Shown here: positions 56,047 to 64,000 of the stretch, piece after piece | Numbering within the stretch: position 1 is the first letter of the stretch | How the letters are laid out: every line of letters starts with the position of its first letter | Assembly (NCBI GenBank): GCA_964016885.1 | Contig: OZ024743.1 | Location: 196,168,001-196,232,000 of the forward strand | Length of the DNA stretch: 64,000 nucleotides | Source: Eledone cirrhosa | Taxonomy: Eukaryota | Direction: 5' to 3' | Made by a program: the position numbers and the translations under genes | The notes under the pieces: model-generated | Database searches by the model: none | What the model was told of the DNA's origin: nothing | Seen by the model: only the letters and a program-made list of their open reading frames with translations

Positions 56047-56701
56047 TATATACATATATATATACACACACACATACAAAGATACACACATCCATACATA
56101 TATGTATATATACACACACACACACACACACATATATACACACAAACACACACACATACACACACCCACATACATATATACCCACACGTACATACATCCA
56201 TACATCCCTACACACATATGTGTGTGTCTCACCGTTCATTCAGATATTCATGTGTATACATAAGAGGAGGGGGGGGGGGGTAGTGAAATGGAATTTTACC
56301 TCCGAGTGTTAATTCATTTTTTCGTGTTCAGTAGTGGTTTAAATTTTTCAATGAAGAATTCTTCTTTATATCTGCGGAAATGTTCGTTATCCGACCATAT
56401 CTTGAAGAAAGGGAAGATTGTGAATTTTCCCTTCCAATAACAACACTGAGAAAACCAAACCCACAACATAAAAAAGAAAACCCTGCTATCTCTTTTGTCA
56501 TCACTCACAACCCAGGGAACATCAACATTGTGAAAACTGCTAAGCAGTATCTCCCGATTCTACAGCAATCTACCAAAATGAATGCACTCTTAAAAAACAC
56601 ACAGATAATTTATAGCAGACGCCAAGCACTTGTTGAGTGCTTTTATATCAGTTATAAAATATTTACTCGTTGTAACCCAACATTTTAAATAAAACTTTTG
56701 C

Positions 56702-56733
<32 letters not shown>

Positions 56734-56915
56734 ATGTGTATATGTATTTATATATATCAACCAACAACTTAATTTATAAAATAATTTTTTTTAAGAAAAA
56801 TTCTTTTGGGATTTTGTGAAGAAAATAAATTTGTTGAAAGCACAAGTGAAGCCAATTTTTTCTTCCCCCCTGTCTTAATATACCTAACTGTACCAAGCAA
56901 GGATTACACACATTT

Positions 56916-56920
<5 letters not shown>
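54059..56920. mobile_element. Neptune-type PLE fold-back remnant with microsatellite-expanded 3' UTR
   Basis: 54059-54180 is inverted at ~56760-56880, plus a 40-bp tail. Minus-strand GIY-YIG end GKFTIFPFFKI..KEEFFIEKFKPLLN at 56314-56435. Plus-strand ITTLRK..FVITHNP..IIYSRRQ at 56432-56625. Confidence 0.78.
54625..56225. repeat. 1.6-kb degenerate (CA/TA)n compound microsatellite
   Basis: Direct reading. Source of the spurious 505-aa and 389-aa ORFs. Confidence 0.95.
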
Positions 56921-56955
<35 letters not shown>

Positions 56956-57611
56956 GCATATGTGTGTGTGTGTGTGCGTGTGTAATTAGTGTAGCGGAAC
57001 TAAACGGGATGGTTGATAATCCTGTTTCACTTAAGTACAAGAGCTGGAATGTATAGAATTAACTTATATATGAAGATTTACAAACTGTACGCTATTAACA
57101 TTATAATAAAAACCAAAATGAGAATAATACTAAATGATCTTTGAAATAATAATCTTTTGTATCATAATTATATAGAGAATTCACGCTAATAATGTAAATA
57201 AGTTATCAATCTATAAATCTACCAACAAATATATTTGCTTAACCTATGAACTTCCGAAGCTATGATACACTGTAATTATTATAGTAACCAATTACGTCGA
57301 TCTTAAAGGCCTCGCGAAGAACTGTTAGTTAACGAGAGAGAGTCTAAAAATAGCAGCCACAATGCACTCAAATTACACCATATCTACTGAAATACCTTTA
57401 TTTATCACCCCATAACAAATTAGGTGATGTAGCCTTTAAATATACATAGATGATATGGTCACAGCTGGAACGCCTTTTATCACAGGTCTGCCCGAACAGA
57501 CTTGACTTAGAGCTAAACTACATAGAATTTGGAGTAATTAATAGATTTTTAACGTCCTGTACCATATGGAGTTGCATTAACAAGAAATTCTTTAAAAAAA
57601 ACAAATCTACA

Positions 57612-57766
57612 TCAGTACTTTACTGGTACTTTATTCTATCGACCCCGTAAGGATGAAAGGCAAAACTAGCTTCGGTGGCATTTGAACTAGGAACGTAAAG
57701 GGTCGGAAATAATTGCCGCAAAACAATTTTTCCAATGTCCGAACGATTCTGCCAACTCATAGCCCT
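57612..57766 (-). mobile_element. Nin-type SINE, diverged
   Basis: Nin core tactggtactttatt.tatcgaccccgtaaggatgaaaggcaaa. Confidence 0.75.
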
Positions 57767-58623
57767 AAATATATATATATGTGTGCTTATGCGTGTAACA
57801 TGATAAATTGGCTGAATCGGTAGAGCGTTGGGTATATGCATTATATTATTTTGATGTGTCTCTTTAAGAACAAATTTCTCCGTCCAATCAGCAAAGACAA
57901 TGAGGCTTCAACGAAACAAACTAATCTCTGTGTCTAAATACCACAAGGATGAACTTAGTCTTTCATCCTTCCAAGGTTGATAATATACATACCAGTCAAG
58001 CACTTGGGTCGATTAAATTGATTATAAAAATCTCTCTACACCATATTACGGCTATGCTAGAAATCAATATATATGCATGCAAGTGTGAGTCATATAACGT
58101 AATACCATTATTCATAGAAATATGGACTGCACTTAAAACGTGCCAATTCGGTTACTGTTCTTTCAAATGATTATTCTTTATCAGGAGATGTTGTTGTGAA
58201 AACATAAAAACAAAGTAAACTCTTGTAATAACTTGAGGTGCAGAGTTTGAAACATAATACCTTAATTAATTGGCTCTTACCTCTATAATAGGTACATGAC
58301 AATTGAATATACAGTGTTACAGAGTTCAACAAAAATCTGGAGCAATAGTTATACATATACTAACATAGTGAAGCACTAGTTTGGTTAATTGGCACCAGAT
58401 GCACTGCAAGGATATATATGTTGTAGATATGCAAACAAATGCTTGTACAGATAAATATATCAAAGAGAATGCGATCGTATTTCTCTCAATACCATGTTTC
58501 TAACCCCAGTTTGCTCGTTATGTCATTTAACACATCAAGCACATCTATCTCTCCCACATTCTCTATCTTTATTTATCTGTCTGTTATTCTATATTACACT
58601 TCATTTGGTTCTCTGCCACATAA

Positions 58624-59105
<482 letters not shown>

Positions 59106-59826
59106 ATTCCCCCCAACTCTATCCCTCTCTTTACAGCTCCCCTCTTTCTCTATATTTATCTAAACACTCCTTTTCTCTCTCTTTCTCCCTCTCACTCTCT
59201 TTAAATATATGTCATTATATACCTTCATCTCTCCATATTTCTGACGGCTTTTCGATACATTCATTGTCTAACTTACCCCTGTATTTCGGGTAATATTTTC
59301 TTATTACGCTATCTTATAGCTCTATTTTTATTTTTTATTCCGTCTATTCAAAGCATTTCTACTGGCACAGACAGTTGTAGTATGTAAGATATAGTATAGT
59401 TCACATATATGGGACAGTGCAGATGCTATACACACAAATATCAGAGACCACATCTAAAAGAAGTCCATCTGACGAATTGGCAAAGATTCAATCATTAACA
59501 CGCTTCAATCACTCATTTATTTTTATCTTATGTTATCTTGTTTTTTCTGTCTCCATTCTGTCACTTCTGAAGTAAATAGATGTATACATTCTCCATCACG
59601 GAACACCTAACATACATGTCACAATCCCCCTACCTCTCATTTAAAGAATTCACCCATTCCTTTCCAAAGTAACAATATGGCCTCTATGCGTCTATTCAAT
59701 ATGCTAAAAATAGAAACTTCCTTCAAATCACACCCCATTATCGGATACATTAGATAATGTATTCACGTGTTCCCAGCACATACAAAAGAGTTAGAGCTTT
59801 CACTGATGGAACACTTTTGATCATTC

Positions 59827-59927
59827 ATAATTGTTTCTACTTTTGGCACAAGGCCAGCAATTACCCAGTGCATTACTGGTACTTTATTTTATCGACCCCA
59901 TAAGGATGAAAGGCAAAGTTAACCTCG
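59827..59927 (-). mobile_element. Nin-type SINE 3' half
   Basis: Core and 3' end, cut off by (GAA)n. Confidence 0.8.
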
Positions 59928-60351
59928 AGAAGAAGAAGAAGAAGAAGAAGAAGAAGAAGAAGAAGAAGAAGAAGAAGAAGAAGAAGAAGAAGAAGAAGAA
60001 GAAGAAGAAGAGCAGTTTTAATGGGAGTTAAAATTCTGTAAGGTGATGAGTGATTGGATTTTATGATGTCAAGGAATTGAACAGGATTCAGATGAGAATA
60101 GTTACCGATTCGCCATCTTGATTTGCCTAAATCTTCCTGATTTCTACTATTCCTTGCAATATTGTTTTGAATAAGTGTAGGAGGTATGAGATTATCAGAA
60201 TTGGCAGAGCATCGAGAAAAATACATTCTTCTTCTTCTTCTTCTTCTTCTTCTTCTTCTTCTTCTTCTTCTTCTTCTTCTTCTTCTTCTTCTTCTTCTTC
60301 TTCTTCTTCTTCTTCTTCTTCTTCTTCTTCTTCTTCTTCTTCTTCTTCTTC
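59928..60351. repeat. (GAA)n array (59928-60010) and (TTC)n array (60225-60351) in inverted orientation around a decayed LINE fragment
   Basis: Direct reading. The spacer translates on minus as YFSRCS...LIPP, similar to CR1/Jockey-group C-termini. Confidence 0.85.
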
Positions 60352-61455
60352 ACCCACTTGTTGCTGAGAGAGTCGTGGGCCGCAGAGCTCTCAAACACTT
60401 CTTTCAATGGGTCATGTCAAAAGCAACCGTCTCCAACTGATACGGCTGGATCCTCAAGCCGTATTCCAGGGTTGATAAAATGAAGTAACAGTCAAATACT
60501 CATGGTTGAATTAATATACTTTACCCTTCTCATCATTTTCTGGCCTCCTGCCTAAATTGGAAATCTATTTGGCTCTTTACATGTTAAATTAAAATTACGT
60601 CGATGTCAACTTCGCGTACTATCTTTCCAGAGTCGAGTACCAGTCAAATACTAGGGCTAATATTATCGACTTTTCCCTCTTCACAAATTACTTGCCTTGT
60701 GCCTAAATTTAAAAAAATCATTATTTGGTAAATTTGGAGGAAGGGACAGTGCCCATGGCCATTACAGGCCAATTAACTCAATTTTGGATTGATATTGCTT
60801 TGAGCTTTAGAGTTGTTAAAATATCCATACATATTCCCTTCATGTGATCCGAATAGAGTTTGTTTATGTGCCAGATAATACAGCCAAAATGCTGATGGGG
60901 GTCTTTTAAATAATGGACGACTCTCTTGAAACGGAATTAAAGTCTGTTTCTAAAGTTTCTAACTTACTGACATTTTTAAACTTCTGTAGGTCAGAGTAAA
61001 AGAAAAGAACAAAAATGGAAAAAAAAAAAAATAAGATAAGAACAATTAAGAAAATGTAGGAAAAGAAAATGAAAATGAACAACATAATGGATAATATATA
61101 GACAGGAAAGAGACATAAAAATCTCTGAAAGAATGAGAGAAAAAAATAGCGAAATACAATAAACGGAGAATACCAACAAAAACAACGAAGAATTTATTTA
61201 AAAAATAGCCTTAGAGCAATATAACTGACAAACAAAAATTAGCGATTCTACATAACGCTAGTGGAAAGATAAAACTGTCTTTAATATTTCAACAAGAAAC
61301 CAGTTCCCTAGGATGGGCACGCAAGGGATCATATCATGTAAATGCGCGTCTATTAATTGCATACTCTATATTTTTCGTGAATACACTTAAAATATAGAGT
61401 ATGCAATTATCTTATAAGCAAGCACTCACATATGCGCGCATACTCACACTTACTC

Positions 61456-61484
<29 letters not shown>

Positions 61485-61486
<2 letters not shown>

Positions 61487-61575
61487 CGAAGGAGGTGTGG
61501 TAAGGAACCAGATGGACCATAACGCACCAGAGTACTCAATACTTAGGGTAGTAGAGTGGGTAACAGGAAAAAGTT

Positions 61576-61576
<1 letters not shown>
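61485..61576 (-). mobile_element. Isolated Naiad pLTR tail in (TA)n
   Basis: Matches 53593-53683 and the reverse complement of 36020-36108. Confidence 0.85.
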
Positions 61577-61608
<32 letters not shown>

Positions 61609-61814
61609 TATATGAATTAACCGTTTTTTGTTTAATGTCATTGTTTTCACTATTTGTATTTGTAACTTTGTATCCAATGAATTATATCGTTGAAATTCTG
61701 TATTTTAAACTTTGCTTCACGACATCTACATACGGATTACATTCAGTTCTTCATACGGCTTAGACCCTACCATTAATTGGTGGATTTATCTGTATATATA
61801 TATATATATATATA

Positions 61815-61876
61815 CCCGTCTAAACCCATGCTAGCGTGGAAGATAGACGTTAAACGATGATGATGATGATGATGAT
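61815..61876 (+). mobile_element. RTE-type 3' tail
   Basis: ccatgctagcgtggaa..gacgttaaacgat(gat)n. Confidence 0.55.
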
Positions 61877-61884
61877 ATATATAT

Positions 61885-62212
61885 ATGGCTTAGGGGTTAG
61901 AGCATTGGGCTTGCAATCGAAAGGTTGTGAGTTCAATTCTCAGACCGGGTGATGTGTTGTGTCCTTGAGCAAAACACTTTATTTCACGTTGCTCCAGTTT
62001 ACTCAGCTGTAGAAATGAGTTGCGACGTCAGTGGTGCCAGGCTGTATCGGCCATTGCCTTTCCCTTGGACCTCATCGATGACGGGGAGAGGGGAGACTGG
62101 TATGCATGGATGACTATTGGTCTTCCACAAACAAACTTGCCTGGACTTGTGCCTCGGAGGAAAACTTTCTAGGTGCAAATCCCATGGTCATTCGTGACCG
62201 AAGCGGGTCTTT
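61885..62212 (+). mobile_element. tRNA-derived Meta-type SINE
   Basis: tggcttaggggttagagc A box, gagttcaattc B box, gtgtccttgagcaaaacacttt core. Confidence 0.78.
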
Positions 62213-62309
62213 TTTTATATATATATATATATTCATACATATATAAACATGTATGATGTATTTGAAAATATACATATATGAACAGAATACATAGCAATTC
62301 ACACACACA

Positions 62310-63004
<695 letters not shown>

Positions 63005-63373
63005 GAGAGAGAGAGTGTGTGTGTGTGTGTGTGTGTGTTTATAATCTCCTAATGCTTAGGATTGTGCGAATACTAACAGATATTACTATACATATACAAT
63101 GTTCATACGTGTGTAGCTTACATATGCGAATACGTGTAAGTTCTTGTACATATGGTTGCATTTATTTATAATTAAACATATGTAAGTAACTATTAGACAG
63201 GATTCTCTGACTATAAACATAAGACATAGGAATGAAGAAGACAGAGACCGCCAAACACGTGAGCAGAAATAGATTAAATGAGGTGAGATCACCGAAAGAA
63301 AGACAAATAGAGAATCTAACAAACTGAGAAGCTAAGAGACACAGATATATACATATATATATATATGTGTGTG

Positions 63374-63408
<35 letters not shown>

Positions 63409-63447
63409 ATATATATACATATACACGTATATATGTATATATATATA

Positions 63448-63493
<46 letters not shown>

Positions 63494-63495
<2 letters not shown>

Positions 63496-63689
63496 AAAAA
63501 GTATGACCCCGACGGCAGAGCTCAAGCCGTTTCGACGGCTATTTCTGGACTGTCCAGAAATAGCCGTCGAAACGTCTTGATCTCTGTCGTCGGGGACATG
63601 CTTTTTCCTATTTCCCACTCTACAACCCTAAGTATTGATTACTCTGGTGCGTTATGGTCCATCTGGTTCCTTACCACAATTCCTTTGTT
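63494..63689. mobile_element. Miniature Naiad-terminus fold-back (tail on right)
   Basis: Centre tctggac-t-gtccaga at ~63551. Same ends as the full elements. Confidence 0.85.
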
Positions 63690-63705
63690 ATATATATATA
63701 TATAT

Positions 63706-63841
63706 AGTTACGGCGCTTGCCATTCTGAGTTCTAATCCCGCCGAGGTTAACTTTGTCTTTCATCCTTACGGGGTCGATAAAATAAAGTACCAGTAATGTA
63801 CTGGGTAATTTGGGCCTTGTGCCAATAGTAGAAACAATTAT
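63706..63841 (+). mobile_element. Nin-type SINE, 5'-truncated
   Basis: B box, Nin core and 3' end. Confidence 0.82.
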
Positions 63842-63860
63842 ATAGACTCTGATATATATA

Positions 63861-63910
<50 letters not shown>

Positions 63911-64000
63911 GAGAGATGACCCCTTAGCCTTTGTCAAGGCACAATTCTAGGAGAAGGAAAACTCTGATATAACACCTGCAACCCTGATGGTATCCAATGA

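Noticed and set aside
54684-56239. 505-aa and 389-aa ORFs and all other IY/CV/TH-rich ORFs
   Set aside because: They are translations of dinucleotide microsatellites that happen to lack stop codons.
56800-56860. HHR in the terminal repeat of the 54059-56920 element
   Set aside because: The core is altered in both arms (gtgaaga / gagaaga) and there is no NUH plus stem I.

Overview
AT-rich, microsatellite-saturated metazoan non-coding DNA. The repeat content (Nin- and Meta-domain tRNA-SINEs, RTE tails, dense (TA)n/(CA)n) suggests a cephalopod such as octopus, which is inference only. No host protein-coding exon is supportable, and most ORF-track entries are microsatellite translations. Recognisable coding sequence is all retroelement-derived. 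Penelope-like elements (PLEs) of three lineages are present: a near-intact Naiad-type element at 8579-12280, a Naiad fold-back at 33051-36108, a Neptune-type pseudogene at 36150-40652, a Neptune fold-back at 54059-56920 and a third lineage at 43046-44600. There are also two Tx1/L1-clade LINE fragments, two R4/Dong-like RLE fragments, a CRE fragment, and RTE and CR1/Jockey-group remnants. The main hidden signal, found by manual folding, is about 20 hammerhead-ribozyme (HHR) or HHR-like motifs from about 11 unrelated families, almost all in elements inserted in (TA)n. They include (i) U3-A8 compensated cores in two unrelated families, (ii) non-coding 440-650 bp tandem or circularly permuted retrozyme-like units with covarying stems, (iii) a very large multibranched HHR-like fold shared by two strongly diverged copies, and (iv) a covarying RNA whose hammerhead parts occur in a scrambled order that fits none of types I/II/III. 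All ribozyme calls are by eye and untested.
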